Positions 47,087 through 57,398 of a DNA stretch of 64,000 bases are shown piece by piece. A program made the translations under genes and the position numbers. Under the pieces are notes generated by a model. The model worked only from the letters and a program-made list of their open reading frames with translations, made no database searches and was not told the DNA's origin. Origin of the DNA: an uncultured archaeon (GTDB lineage: Archaea > Micrarchaeota > Micrarchaeia > Anstonellales > Anstonellaceae); NCBI GenBank assembly GCA_902384555.1, contig CABMCD010000002.1, positions 1,151 through 65,150 of the forward strand. Reading direction: 5' to 3'. Each line of letters begins with the position of its first letter. Position 1 is the first letter of the stretch.

Positions 47087-48034
47087 TTACAGCGAGCAGA
47101 AGAATCTCTGCGGTGAGTAGGACACGCGCCCGTCGCGAATGGCGCGCTCGCCGCCCTCGACGAGCAAGTGGAGCTTCTCGTTGGCCGAGCGCGTCTCGAA
47201 GCGGGCGCTGAACACCACCGCCGGGTCGCGCAGGGTGCCCACGAGGCGCTCGCCATGCTCGCCCATGAGCTGGGCCAGCGCGGCCGCGTGCGGCACGTCG
47301 AGGGTGAATTCGGCCAGCCGGCCGGTGAGGTCGGAGCGCAGCTGGATGACGGTGCCGTCCACGTAGATGCGCCCCGTCATCTGCCGGCAGAAGAAATCGC
47401 GCATCTCGGCGTAGGCCTTGGTTTGCTGCTCCTCGATGAGCGACTGCTGGTGCTGGGCGTGGCGCGCCTGCACGTGCGCTTTGGTCGAGGACATGGCCGA
47501 GCGGACGCGCGAGAGCTGCTGGTGAAGCGGATGGGCCGAAACCGAGTCGCGCGCCTCAAGCGCGGCGCGCACCTCGGCCATGCGGTGCTTGGCGGAGGAG
47601 AGGCGGCCCGCGAGCGCGCGCTCGGCGCGCGCACGCTGCTCGGCAGGCAGATGGGGCAGGCTGAGGGATTCCAAATCCGCCCGCGCGGCATGCAGGGTGG
47701 AGCGCACCGATTCCATCTGCGCGGCCCAGCGCTCCTGCTCGCCGGCGAGAATGGCGTCGGGAAGGAGGCGCATGAGCTGGCCGGCGCGCGCGTCCAGCTC
47801 GTCCATAAAGACGGTTTTTTCCGCCGCCTCGGCCGGGCTGGCGGAATGCAATTCCTCGGCCAGACGGGCGGATACGGAGGCCAACTCGGCAGCGGCCTGG
47901 CTCACCTGCTGCGGCGAGGGGCTGCGGACGAGCGCCTGGGCCAGCTCTTCGAGTAGGACGTTGAGCTCGTGCTCCATTGCGCCGGTCCGCATGGCCAGCT
48001 CGGCGTAATTCACGCCGCCCAGTCGCCCCGCCAT
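47087..48034 (-). CDS. Hypothetical coiled-coil protein with C-terminal alpha/beta domain
   Basis: Long heptad-rich Ala/Glu/Arg region; start uncertain. Confidence 0.6.
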   Translation of the reverse strand: MAGRLGGVNYAELAMRTGAMEHELNVLLEELAQALVRSPSPQQVSQAAAELASVSARLAEELHSASPAEAAEKTVFMDELDARAGQLMRLLPDAILAGEQERWAAQMESVRSTLHAARADLESLSLPHLPAEQRARAERALAGRLSSAKHRMAEVRAALEARDSVSAHPLHQQLSRVRSAMSSTKAHVQARHAQHQQSLIEEQQTKAYAEMRDFFCRQMTGRIYVDGTVIQLRSDLTGRLAEFTLDVPHAAALAQLMGEHGERLVGTLRDPAVVFSARFETRSANEKLHLLVEGGERAIRDGRVSYSPQRFFCSL

Positions 48035-48114
48035 GCGCCTGACTCGGATGGGAAGTATTTAAAGCAGGCAGGTGGGCTTACGGGGAGAAAAAGGAAAAAT
48101 GAAATAAAAGAAGC

Positions 48115-49551
48115 TTATCCTTTCACAACAGCCAGCGGCACCAGCCGCGCCACGATGCTCGAGAGGCCGGCCATCTCGACGGATTTCACCACTTCGTCCA
48201 CGTCCTTGTAGGCGCCGGGCGCCTCCTCGGCCAGCAGCTCGGCCTCGGTGGAGCGGACGAGAATGTTGCGCTCCGCCAGGCCCTTGGAGATGGATTCGCC
48301 CGTCCAGGTGTGCACGGCCTTGGAGCGGCTCATGCGCCGGCCCGCGCCGTGGCAGGTGGAGCCGAACGTTTTCTCCATCGAGCCCTGCGCGCCCACCAGC
48401 ACGTAGGAGGCGGTGCCCATCGAGCCGGGAATGATGACCGGCTGGCCGATGTCGCGGTATTTGTTTGGAATTTCCGGCCGGCCGGCGGCAAAGGCGCGCG
48501 TGGCGCCCTTGCGGTGCACGCACACGTCCTTCTGCTTTCCGTCGACCAGATGCTTCTCGAATTTGGCGATGTTGTGGCACACGTCGTAGAGCAGGTGCAT
48601 GCCCTCCGAGGTGCCTTTTCCAAAGACGGTGTCGAAAGTCTCGCGCACGCCGTGCATCATGATTTGGCGGTTGTTGAAGGCGAAATTGACGGCGCAGCGC
48701 ATGGCGCCGAAATAGTGCTTGGCCTCCGGCGAATTGAGAGGGGCGCAGCACAGCTCGCGGTCGGGCAGGCGGATGTTGTATTTGGCCGCGGCTGAAATCA
48801 TGGACTGCAAATGGTCGGTGCAGACCTGATGCCCAAAACCCCGCGAGCCGGAGTGAATCATGACCACCACTTGCCCGGGGCGCAGGCCGAAGGCCCGGCC
48901 CACCCGCTCGTCGGCGAGCTTTTCGACTTTCTGGATTTCGATGAAATGGTTTCCCGCGCCCACGGTGCCGAACTGCGGCAGGCCGCGCTTGCGCGCCAGG
49001 GGGCTGACGGCCGAGAAGTCGGCGCCCGGCATGCAGCCGTTCTCCTCGCAGGCCTCGATGTCCTCCTCGCGCCCCCAGCCCTGCTCCAGCGCCCAGGGCA
49101 CGCCGCGCGTCACGGCCTGCTCCAATTCGTGCTCCTTGAGGCGCACACGGCCCTTGACGCCGACGCCGGAGGGCACGTTCTTGAACAGCAGTTCGACCAG
49201 CTCGCGCTTTTTTGGAGTGATGTCCTTTTCCTCCAAGTCGGTGAGGATGAGGCGCACGCCGCAGTTGATGTCATAGCCCACCGCGCCGGGGCTTACCACG
49301 CCCCCGAACTCGGGGTCGAAGGCGGCCACGCCGCCGATGGGAAAGCCGTAGCCCTCGTGCGCATCCGGCATGACGCAGGCGGGCGAGACGATGCCGGGCA
49401 GCGAGGCCATGTTCTGCAATTGCCACAAGGTCCGGTCGGACTGGATGTGGGCGAAAATCTTGTCATTGGCCACGATGCGGGCGTCCACGCGCATGTCGCC
49501 GGAGCGCGCGAGCGTCCACAGGGCGGGGCCTGATGGAGTGAGATTGACCAT
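48115..49551 (-). CDS. rtcB: RNA-splicing ligase RtcB
   Basis: MPDAHEGYGFPIGG, GYDINCGVR, GNHFIE, HSGSRG, HRKGAT, CHGAGR, EEAPGAYK. Confidence 0.97.
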   Translation of the reverse strand: MVNLTPSGPALWTLARSGDMRVDARIVANDKIFAHIQSDRTLWQLQNMASLPGIVSPACVMPDAHEGYGFPIGGVAAFDPEFGGVVSPGAVGYDINCGVRLILTDLEEKDITPKKRELVELLFKNVPSGVGVKGRVRLKEHELEQAVTRGVPWALEQGWGREEDIEACEENGCMPGADFSAVSPLARKRGLPQFGTVGAGNHFIEIQKVEKLADERVGRAFGLRPGQVVVMIHSGSRGFGHQVCTDHLQSMISAAAKYNIRLPDRELCCAPLNSPEAKHYFGAMRCAVNFAFNNRQIMMHGVRETFDTVFGKGTSEGMHLLYDVCHNIAKFEKHLVDGKQKDVCVHRKGATRAFAAGRPEIPNKYRDIGQPVIIPGSMGTASYVLVGAQGSMEKTFGSTCHGAGRRMSRSKAVHTWTGESISKGLAERNILVRSTEAELLAEEAPGAYKDVDEVVKSVEMAGLSSIVARLVPLAVVKG

Positions 49552-49620
49552 GAGAGAAGATGGGAAGAAGGAGGTTAAAAAGAGCGACTGGACGGGAAAA
49601 GGAAAAAGGGAAAAAGAAAA

Positions 49621-50754
49621 CTAGTTGAGGCCCGGGTCGGGGAGGTTGCCCGCGAGCTGGTCAGGCTCCTGCGCCGCTTGGGGCGGCTGGTTCACGTTGG
49701 CAGGCGGAATCGGAAGGATATAGGGCTGTCCGTTCGGGCCGATGGCCACCATATTATTGCCATGAGCGGGGGCGGCGATGGGCGCCACGTTGTTCAGCGC
49801 GGTGTCGGCGGCCTGCCGGATGGGTTCCACAATCCAGGCATTGCGCTGGCGCGCGTATTCCGCAATGCTGCGGGACATGCGCCAGACGAAGTAGGCGCCG
49901 ATGGCCGCGCCCGCCACCATGGTCAGGAACGGCGCGGCCGGCGGAACGATGGAGCTGATGAGCGGCAGGTTATTGAGCTGCAGCGCCGACCAGACGCCGA
50001 ACGTCGTCTGGACCGTCTGGACCATCGAGACGCCGAAGACCGAGAGGGCGCCGGCCGTGGCGGCACCCCAGCCGCAAGCGGCAAAGAAGGGGCCGTTGAA
50101 GCGGATGCCCACATGGCGGTCAATGAGGTTGTTCTGGGCCAGGAAGCCAAGCTGGCTGTTCACTTCCTGCAAGCCCGCATTCAGCAGGGCCGCTTTGATA
50201 TCGGCCGGAGCCCGCTCGTAGCGGCCATAGATGTCGGTCAGGTAGTAGTCTTTGAGATACTGGATGACGAGCTGGTTGCGGCGGTCCGTCAGCGCCGCCT
50301 GAGGGTCGGGCGCATCCAGAATCTGAAGGGCTTGGTCATCCAAGGCAGTCGCACGGCGTTCCAGGCGGCGGGCCCGGAAGTTGCGCCAGACATTGGCGAT
50401 AGAGTGGCCCAGATTCGGAATGCCATGGGCCAGATTGGAGAAGAACGCGCCCACCGAGTGCATGAAACGGCCGAAGGCGGAGCCGGCCGGAGCCGCAGCG
50501 TCCGCGGGCTGGACCGGGGCCGCGTTGAGGTCGGCCGCATGGTTGCGCGCGCGCACCTGCGTGGCCTGCGCGCGCAGGTGGTTGGCCTGCTGAAGCATGC
50601 GCTCGGTCTGGGCCTCCACGTCCACGTTGTGGAAGCGGGCCATCTGCTGCGTGATGCGGGCAATCCGCTTGCCCCCGCGAATCAGCGGCACGCGAAAGTA
50701 CTGCTTGGCGGCCGTCTGAACGTCCTGCGGATTCTTGAAGGATTTAACTGCCAC
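49621..50754 (-). CDS. Orphan helical protein with C-terminal hydrophobic hairpin
   Basis: Amphipathic helices, two TM-like segments, Pro/Asn/Gln-rich tail. Confidence 0.65.
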   Translation of the reverse strand: MAVKSFKNPQDVQTAAKQYFRVPLIRGGKRIARITQQMARFHNVDVEAQTERMLQQANHLRAQATQVRARNHAADLNAAPVQPADAAAPAGSAFGRFMHSVGAFFSNLAHGIPNLGHSIANVWRNFRARRLERRATALDDQALQILDAPDPQAALTDRRNQLVIQYLKDYYLTDIYGRYERAPADIKAALLNAGLQEVNSQLGFLAQNNLIDRHVGIRFNGPFFAACGWGAATAGALSVFGVSMVQTVQTTFGVWSALQLNNLPLISSIVPPAAPFLTMVAGAAIGAYFVWRMSRSIAEYARQRNAWIVEPIRQAADTALNNVAPIAAPAHGNNMVAIGPNGQPYILPIPPANVNQPPQAAQEPDQLAGNLPDPGLN

Positions 50755-50849
50755 TAGAGAATCACCTTGTTATTAATTATGGTAAGGCGTATATTTAAAG
50801 GTTGGGGCCGAGGATGATATTATAAAGGCTCGGAGGGCCGAATCAAGGC

Positions 50850-52907
50850 ATGGGGCCGACGAACAAAAGCAAGAGGCCGGAAACCGTTCCGCAACCCCAA
50901 AAAATCGTCTATTTCTCCATGACGGATGCCGCCACGCTCGACCAGCTCGAGGCGGGCCTGCTCAAAATCCGCCAGCAGGTGCAGGCCGCCCCCCTGCCGG
51001 CCAACGTCAAGAACGACGTGACGCAGTGGATTGACAACTGGCTGACCGGGCCGGTGGGGAAGCCGTCCTTCGGCGGGCTGGACAGCCCGTGGAGCGTGCT
51101 GCAGGCCAACGCGCCGTTCGGCACCCAGCCGCCCCGCGGCGTGATGGTTGAAATCCCGCACAGCCAGCAGGTCGGCTACCTCTTCGCAAAAAACCTCTCC
51201 GGCGTCGCAGGCATGCAGGTGGAGACGCAGGCCCCGCCCCAGTTCGGGCCCATGGTGTATTCGCTGCGCTTCGAGATGCCGGCCGCGCCTTCCCGCCCGA
51301 TGTTCATCGACAATCCCTTCGACACCAGCACCATGAAATCCTTCAATACCATCTTCAATCCCCCGCAGGAAATCTCGGACTACCTGCCCAAGACGCGCGT
51401 GCAGATGGAGAACGAGAACCGCACCGCCATCAACATGGGAATCAAGCGGGCGGAGCACAAGAAGGAGGAAGAGCACGAGCAGCAGCTCGAATACATGAAG
51501 GACAAGAACAGCCCCAACTACTACATGAAGCCGGTCACCATCGCCGAAACGGTGAAGCGCAGCGTCAAGCCCAGCATGACCTATGACCAGGAGAGCGACA
51601 CCTATACCGAGACGTATGTGGATTCGCACGGGCAGGTGCAGGCCCGCGTCATCCTGCCCTCCGAGCTGGTGGCCGGCGACGGGACCGGCTCGTTCAACTA
51701 CTCCATTGACGGCATGGCCGAATGGATGATGCGCCTCGTCCTGCCCATTGATTCCTTCGAGAACATCCTGCTCAAGTACCAGAACGGCCAGACGCCGGGC
51801 GTATGGGACTGGACGTGGCTGGCGCTGGACGTGGGGCTCACCTTCACCGAATTCAAGGCCGTCTACAAAGTCGCCAAAGCGGGAAGGGGCGCGAAATACC
51901 TGCTGGACAAGGAGCTGCGCGATCAGGTGGACCTGCAGCTGGAAAAGCAGTTTGCCCAAGACCCCGCGAAGATGTGGGCGGCCAAGCGCTACTGGAGGCG
52001 CAAGGCCATCACCCAGCCCGTCAAGGCCGCGACCGAGGAAGAATTCGTGGAGAAGATGGTGAAGAAGGGCATCCAGGGCGGGGAGAAATACCTCACCAAA
52101 GACGTGATAAAAGAGGGCGTCAAGGTCGGCACCAAGGCCACGGCGAAGCAGAAGCTGATCAACACCGGCTTCGTGGCCATCAACACCTTCATCGGCGCCC
52201 AGACCATCCAGAGCATCACCGACAGCGCCGAAATCGCGTTCTCCAAAGAAGTGCCCGAATGGGTGTACGAGGGGCATCCCGAATGGCGCGGGATGGATTC
52301 GGACATGGTGCGCAAGATGGCGCAAATGAACCTGCGCCTGAATATGGCCGAGTTCTGGTTCATGTACGAGGCCTTCGGCCTCACCATGCGGGGCATGGAA
52401 AAGGCCATGCCCTACATCACCCGCATGTATGGCCGGATTTTCCAGGCCATCCGCACCAACGGCGACGTGGCGGCCATCATCACCGAGGACATGCCGGCCA
52501 TCGCGCGGGCGGGCGGCGTGAAGAAGCTGCCGGAATTCTTCAACACCACCGGCGTCAAGCAGATGGTGAACTTCTTCAACAAGACCTATGCCGCGCTGTC
52601 CAAGACCCTGCCGGAGCCCAGAATCATGGCGACGTTCATGAACGGCTACGCGCTCTACAAAATGTTCCAGCTCGACGACAACCTGCGCAGCTCGATGACG
52701 GACATGGTCCAAAGCCAGATGAACCGGCTGACGAGCGAGAAGATATTCGCGCCGCATATGCAGACCAAGCAGATGGACGCGCAGGGGCACGGGGTGGCGG
52801 ATTCGGGCGAGGCCAAAAAGCAGCTCTACGCCAGCCTCTTGGGCAGCCATTCCCACACCGTGCAGGTGCCGGTGGAAAAGGGCGGCTCCAAAGAGGGCCC
52901 CATCTAG
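50850..52907 (+). CDS. Large orphan protein
   Basis: 685 aa with strong coding-like GC3 bias; hydrophobic segments followed by Lys-rich amphipathic helices. Confidence 0.7.
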   Translation: MGPTNKSKRPETVPQPQKIVYFSMTDAATLDQLEAGLLKIRQQVQAAPLPANVKNDVTQWIDNWLTGPVGKPSFGGLDSPWSVLQANAPFGTQPPRGVMVEIPHSQQVGYLFAKNLSGVAGMQVETQAPPQFGPMVYSLRFEMPAAPSRPMFIDNPFDTSTMKSFNTIFNPPQEISDYLPKTRVQMENENRTAINMGIKRAEHKKEEEHEQQLEYMKDKNSPNYYMKPVTIAETVKRSVKPSMTYDQESDTYTETYVDSHGQVQARVILPSELVAGDGTGSFNYSIDGMAEWMMRLVLPIDSFENILLKYQNGQTPGVWDWTWLALDVGLTFTEFKAVYKVAKAGRGAKYLLDKELRDQVDLQLEKQFAQDPAKMWAAKRYWRRKAITQPVKAATEEEFVEKMVKKGIQGGEKYLTKDVIKEGVKVGTKATAKQKLINTGFVAINTFIGAQTIQSITDSAEIAFSKEVPEWVYEGHPEWRGMDSDMVRKMAQMNLRLNMAEFWFMYEAFGLTMRGMEKAMPYITRMYGRIFQAIRTNGDVAAIITEDMPAIARAGGVKKLPEFFNTTGVKQMVNFFNKTYAALSKTLPEPRIMATFMNGYALYKMFQLDDNLRSSMTDMVQSQMNRLTSEKIFAPHMQTKQMDAQGHGVADSGEAKKQLYASLLGSHSHTVQVPVEKGGSKEGPI

Positions 52908-52928
52908 GCCTTCGACGCGGTCCTGAAC

Positions 52929-53453
52929 ATGCTGCGCATTGACCCGCAGGATCCCCATCAGGCCGGACAGATAACAACGGAGGGGCTGACCTACGAGCGC
53001 TACCAGCTCATGGTCTCGGCCATCCGCAGTCTGGCCCCCGAATTCGGCAACTCCAATGGCGGAAGCGATAACGGTTCCATCCGCCACCTGCTGGTTTCCG
53101 TTCCCTACGATGAGGAGCGCAAAAAGAAGCTGGACAGACTGGTAAGCACGTATGCCGCCAACAGCGTGGGATTCTGGCTGGACGTCGAGGCGCTGGCCGA
53201 GCGCTGGAAGGACATCGAAGTGATGAAACAGGACGTCTCGGGCCTGCCGGCCGCCGAGGAGATGGTGAAGCGCTGGCAGGGCGTGCTGGCCAACCTCTAC
53301 CCGCCCGGCTCGGAAGGGAAGGTGCCGGCCACTCCGCAGCAGGAGAGCGAATACGCCGTCAGCGCCATGGCCGAGCTGGTCCGCTACGCGCTCTGGGGAT
53401 TCGTTTCCACGGCGCAGCTCAAGGCCGGCGTGACGGCGAACGCAAATCCTTAA
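52929..53453 (+). CDS. Orphan helical protein
   Basis: 174 aa; 21 nt after the upstream stop. Confidence 0.65.
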   Translation: MLRIDPQDPHQAGQITTEGLTYERYQLMVSAIRSLAPEFGNSNGGSDNGSIRHLLVSVPYDEERKKKLDRLVSTYAANSVGFWLDVEALAERWKDIEVMKQDVSGLPAAEEMVKRWQGVLANLYPPGSEGKVPATPQQESEYAVSAMAELVRYALWGFVSTAQLKAGVTANANP

Positions 53454-53478
53454 ATAATGTGATTTGCAATATCAAAAC

Positions 53479-55746
53479 ATGAAATTCAAGTATTTTAGAC
53501 TCAAAGACTATCAGGTCCCTTTTCCTTCCAAAGAAGACGTCGTGCAGCAGCGCATTAACAATATAAACAATGCGTCCGACAGCAGGCTGACGCGCATCAT
53601 ATTCAAAGGGGTGACTTTGATGGCAGGACCGGCGATGAAGGGAGCAACGGATCCGCAGACTTGGCAGAAGATGGACCAGCAGAGGTTCTGGGTCACGTAC
53701 AACATGGACAGCGCCGGCAAGGTCATCTCCACCGAGGTGTCGTTCCCGCTTTTCACTTCCCAGCCCTACAAGGACTTGTGGACCAACGCGGCGGCCAAGC
53801 TGCTGACCATGTCCAACTTCGAGGGCCTGAAGAACTGGCTGGTTTCGCCCGTTGACGCCGGCATGCAGACCTACAGCGGCTTCTTCGGAAGCGGCGACTG
53901 GGGCAGCGGCGTCGTCGGTGCGGCGGCCATCTACATGTTCGTCAAGAAATACTCGGACCGCAACAGCATCGTGCTCAACGGCTATGTGGACAAGGGCACC
54001 ATCACCCGCTTCATAGATGAAGTGGCCCCTCTGAATCCCACCACGCCCCTGGCAGGCAAGGACGGCGCCACCACCACCCTCAACGAACTGGGAGACAAGG
54101 CCAAGCGGGAATATGTCAAGAGCCGCGTGGATGCGGTGGAGGGCGTCCGCGTGACCGATGCCGGCAAGCAGTACCGCTTCTTTGACCAAGAAGGAGATGG
54201 AATTTACAGCGAAGCGACCGCCACGGGCGGGCGGCGCGCCACGGTCAACATCAACATCACCGGCGGGACGGCCAGCGGCAATGTCAAGTTTGTAGGTGAA
54301 AGCGGCTTTGAGCAGCTGCTCAGCGTGCGCGCGCCCGAAATAGAAGAGACGGTGAACGCGGCCTTCAAGAACGCGTTCGGCAAGGACCCCGGCGGCGTGG
54401 GCATGGCCTTCACTCTGGACCGCGACGCCCTGATGGAGGTGGCGCGGACCAACCGGGCCAGCGCCGACCGGCCGGGCATTTTCCTCAAACTGCTGGACAG
54501 TGAGGTAAACCGCCAAATCAAGGTTTACACCGGAACGATTGCCGGATACGACGGCACCACCGTGACGGCTTACGCCTACAGCGTCCTTCCCAAATCGTAT
54601 GTCGAACTCTCCAACCTCTCCGAATCCATGGTCAAGCGCTCGGACAAGATGGAGAAGGAGCTGCGCAAGCTTCTGGCCGAGAAGTACAAGACGCTGGGTC
54701 CGGGAGAATCCATTCTGGCCACAGACATCGAGGAGATGCGCATCCGCGCCATCTGGAACGTGCTGAGCGAGAGTGAGAAGAGGCCCTATGGCGGCGCGAA
54801 GGGAGGCGACGAGGCCTTCGTGACCTTCAAGAAAGCCGTGCAGGAAATCGGCCTCGACCTCAGCGAGGAAGTCAAGATTTCGCGCGGCATCCGCATCCCG
54901 TTCTCCCGCGGCAAGCGCATTCCGCTGCCCCTGCCGGAGTTCATGGAGAATTTCCTGGAAAAGCCCAATGTGCGCAAGGTGGTTTACAACGCCAAGGGCT
55001 ATGCGTGGGGCGCGCTCTGGTGCGCCGTGGTGCTCTACGGCGGCAACTGGCTGAAGAATGACGTCATTTCCCCCACTTGGGACTGGGCCTTGCACCGCAA
55101 CGACGTCATCACCAAGAAGGTGGACGCGCCGAACAACACGGCACCGGGCAGCCTGCTGACGGCCGAGCTTTCGGAGCAGGAAGTTGCCGTGCTCAAGAAC
55201 GCCCACATCTTCAAGGCTCCGGTGCAGGACTACAGCCGCAACGCAGTGGCGGTCAACGAGCAGTCGCCGCCCGACTACTTCGTGCCCGGAAAGGCGGCCG
55301 ACGGAGCCAACACCTTCTCGGTCAACGGCGAGTTCAAGATTGACAACACCTCGGCCCCCGGCAGCGCGTGGGCGGTGGTGGTGGCCTACAAGACCAACCC
55401 GGCCGACTACACCAAGTTCTTCGGCCTGCCGGGCGTGGAAATCAGCGACGGCATCGTCAAGGTCGGCGCTTATGGCCCCACTCCGGCATATGACGCGGCC
55501 GGCAAGGCCGTGGAGGCCGGGCCGGGCACCTACAAGCTGGGCATCTACAACATCAACTTCAAGGCCGGCACCTACGACATTCTGGTGGAGAAGCTGGACG
55601 AGAACACCAACCAGTACAAGATATTCTACCAGCACGCCGGCACGCCCATCGAGCCCCTCGCCATGAAGGGCGCGGCCGAGAACGGCGTGGCCAGCACCAA
55701 CAACTACGTGGCCGGCAAGTTCTACCTCCACCCGCTGGGCAAGTGA
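53479..55746 (+). CDS. Large orphan membrane protein with beta-rich C-terminal domain
   Basis: Two separated TM-like segments (WGSGVVGAAAIYMF, AWGALWCAVVLYGG); ATG 53479. Confidence 0.7.
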   Translation: MKFKYFRLKDYQVPFPSKEDVVQQRINNINNASDSRLTRIIFKGVTLMAGPAMKGATDPQTWQKMDQQRFWVTYNMDSAGKVISTEVSFPLFTSQPYKDLWTNAAAKLLTMSNFEGLKNWLVSPVDAGMQTYSGFFGSGDWGSGVVGAAAIYMFVKKYSDRNSIVLNGYVDKGTITRFIDEVAPLNPTTPLAGKDGATTTLNELGDKAKREYVKSRVDAVEGVRVTDAGKQYRFFDQEGDGIYSEATATGGRRATVNINITGGTASGNVKFVGESGFEQLLSVRAPEIEETVNAAFKNAFGKDPGGVGMAFTLDRDALMEVARTNRASADRPGIFLKLLDSEVNRQIKVYTGTIAGYDGTTVTAYAYSVLPKSYVELSNLSESMVKRSDKMEKELRKLLAEKYKTLGPGESILATDIEEMRIRAIWNVLSESEKRPYGGAKGGDEAFVTFKKAVQEIGLDLSEEVKISRGIRIPFSRGKRIPLPLPEFMENFLEKPNVRKVVYNAKGYAWGALWCAVVLYGGNWLKNDVISPTWDWALHRNDVITKKVDAPNNTAPGSLLTAELSEQEVAVLKNAHIFKAPVQDYSRNAVAVNEQSPPDYFVPGKAADGANTFSVNGEFKIDNTSAPGSAWAVVVAYKTNPADYTKFFGLPGVEISDGIVKVGAYGPTPAYDAAGKAVEAGPGTYKLGIYNINFKAGTYDILVEKLDENTNQYKIFYQHAGTPIEPLAMKGAAENGVASTNNYVAGKFYLHPLGK

Positions 55747-55799
55747 GCGGGCCTTTCTTTTATTTTTAAAAATCCCAAATTGGGAGAGGCGGCGAGTGC

Positions 55800-57383
55800 G
55801 TGATGGACGTGGACAAAAGACTGCTCATTGCCCTTATCGTCGCCGTCTCCATTTTGCCGCTGTGGATTATCCCCATCGCGCCGCTGGCCGATTGGCCGGT
55901 CTATTTGTCGATTTCGCGCGAGGCGTATCTCATTAACGCGGGCCAGGTCGCCAACCCCTATTACCATGTGGAATTTTCCTTCTTGGGCTCGTCACTGGTG
56001 CATCTTCTGCTGGTGGCCCTCCAGTCGTTCGTGAGCTTGGAGCTGGCCGGCAAGCTGGTGCTCAGCCTGCTCTTCGTTATTGCGCCACTGGGATGGTGGG
56101 CGTTTTTCCATTTTCTGGACCCGGCAAAAGAGGAGTGGTGCCTCATCGGCACGCTGGTGAATTATTCCATCTATTTCTATTACGGGGCCATCAACTACCT
56201 CTTCGCGATTCCGCTGGGGCTGGCCTGGCTGGCCATGGGCATCCGGGCGTTCCGAAAGGGCGAGCAGGCGCACCCGGCCTTCTTTTGGCTGGGCATTCTC
56301 ACCTACTTGGCCCACGGCTATGTGTTCTTCTTGGCGGCCGGCCTTTTGCTGCTGGCATATTTGCACCGGCGCCTGTGGCTGAACAAGCCGGCCGAGCTGA
56401 TGCCGTTTTTGATGGTGGTGCTCCTGCTGCTGGGCGCCCTCATCAATACCATAATGAATCCCATCCAGACGCGCGATTTGGGCTATTACCTCCAAGTGAA
56501 CGGGTGCGCGGCCGATGAGCTGATACGCTCGGTGGACTCGCAGTTCAGAAGCAGCGCGTTTCTGGCCACCCAATACATATCAAGGCTGGCCGAGCACTTG
56601 GGCAGCATCAACCCGTTCTTTTTCCTGCAAACCGTCTTCCCGCTCCCGATTGCGCTGGCGGGGTTGCTGCTGCTTGGAGCAGGCTGGCTTTTGATGCAGG
56701 TGCAGCAGGCCCGCCAAGAGGGGCGCCCCTTGCGTGAAATCGTCAGCCTGAACAAATCAGGGGTAAGCTGGGACCGCTTCTATCTGGCCATTTCCGCCCT
56801 GTTGCTGCTGCACTTCCTGCTGCTGCCCTCCGTGGTGCTGGTGCCCAGCCTCTATGACCGCAGCGCGGTGCTGATGTTTGCGTTCCTTTTGCTGGCCCTG
56901 CACGCGCCCAAATACAAAACCCATATTTTCTGGCTGGTGGCCGGACTGGTGCTGCTCAATGCCGGATACCAGCTGATTCTCTTTGCCGGGCATGCGCCCG
57001 TGCAGGCCGAGGCCTTGCAGCGCGTGGGCGCGGCCGCGGCGCAGATGCCGGCGAACAGCACGCTCTTTGTCCTGCCCACCAACTGGACGGCCCGCTACGT
57101 GTATCCGCTCAATGCCTATTACCACGCGTTTGTGCTGGTGGACAATCCGCACGCCTATGTGTCCAGCATGTTCCTCTATCAGGACACCTTCATTTTGCGC
57201 GCTGATTTCCCGCTGGTGGACGATTTGGTGACCTGGGGGCCGGCGCCGTCCATGTTCCAGACCAATTACCCGAAAGCGAATGTGAGCAAGTGCTATGCGC
57301 AGGTGCCGGGGCAATTTGATTATTATCTGGACGAGGACATGGTGCTGCACCAAAACCCGGCCGCGAACCGGACCGTGCGCTGA
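55800..57383 (+). CDS. Multi-pass membrane protein, GT-C-fold glycosyltransferase candidate
   Basis: First-loop PLADWP motif, YYGAINY, AHG, about 11 TM helices and a soluble C-terminal domain. Confidence 0.6.
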   Translation: MMDVDKRLLIALIVAVSILPLWIIPIAPLADWPVYLSISREAYLINAGQVANPYYHVEFSFLGSSLVHLLLVALQSFVSLELAGKLVLSLLFVIAPLGWWAFFHFLDPAKEEWCLIGTLVNYSIYFYYGAINYLFAIPLGLAWLAMGIRAFRKGEQAHPAFFWLGILTYLAHGYVFFLAAGLLLLAYLHRRLWLNKPAELMPFLMVVLLLLGALINTIMNPIQTRDLGYYLQVNGCAADELIRSVDSQFRSSAFLATQYISRLAEHLGSINPFFFLQTVFPLPIALAGLLLLGAGWLLMQVQQARQEGRPLREIVSLNKSGVSWDRFYLAISALLLLHFLLLPSVVLVPSLYDRSAVLMFAFLLLALHAPKYKTHIFWLVAGLVLLNAGYQLILFAGHAPVQAEALQRVGAAAAQMPANSTLFVLPTNWTARYVYPLNAYYHAFVLVDNPHAYVSSMFLYQDTFILRADFPLVDDLVTWGPAPSMFQTNYPKANVSKCYAQVPGQFDYYLDEDMVLHQNPAANRTVR

Positions 57384-57398
57384 GAGCAAAAAACGCGT

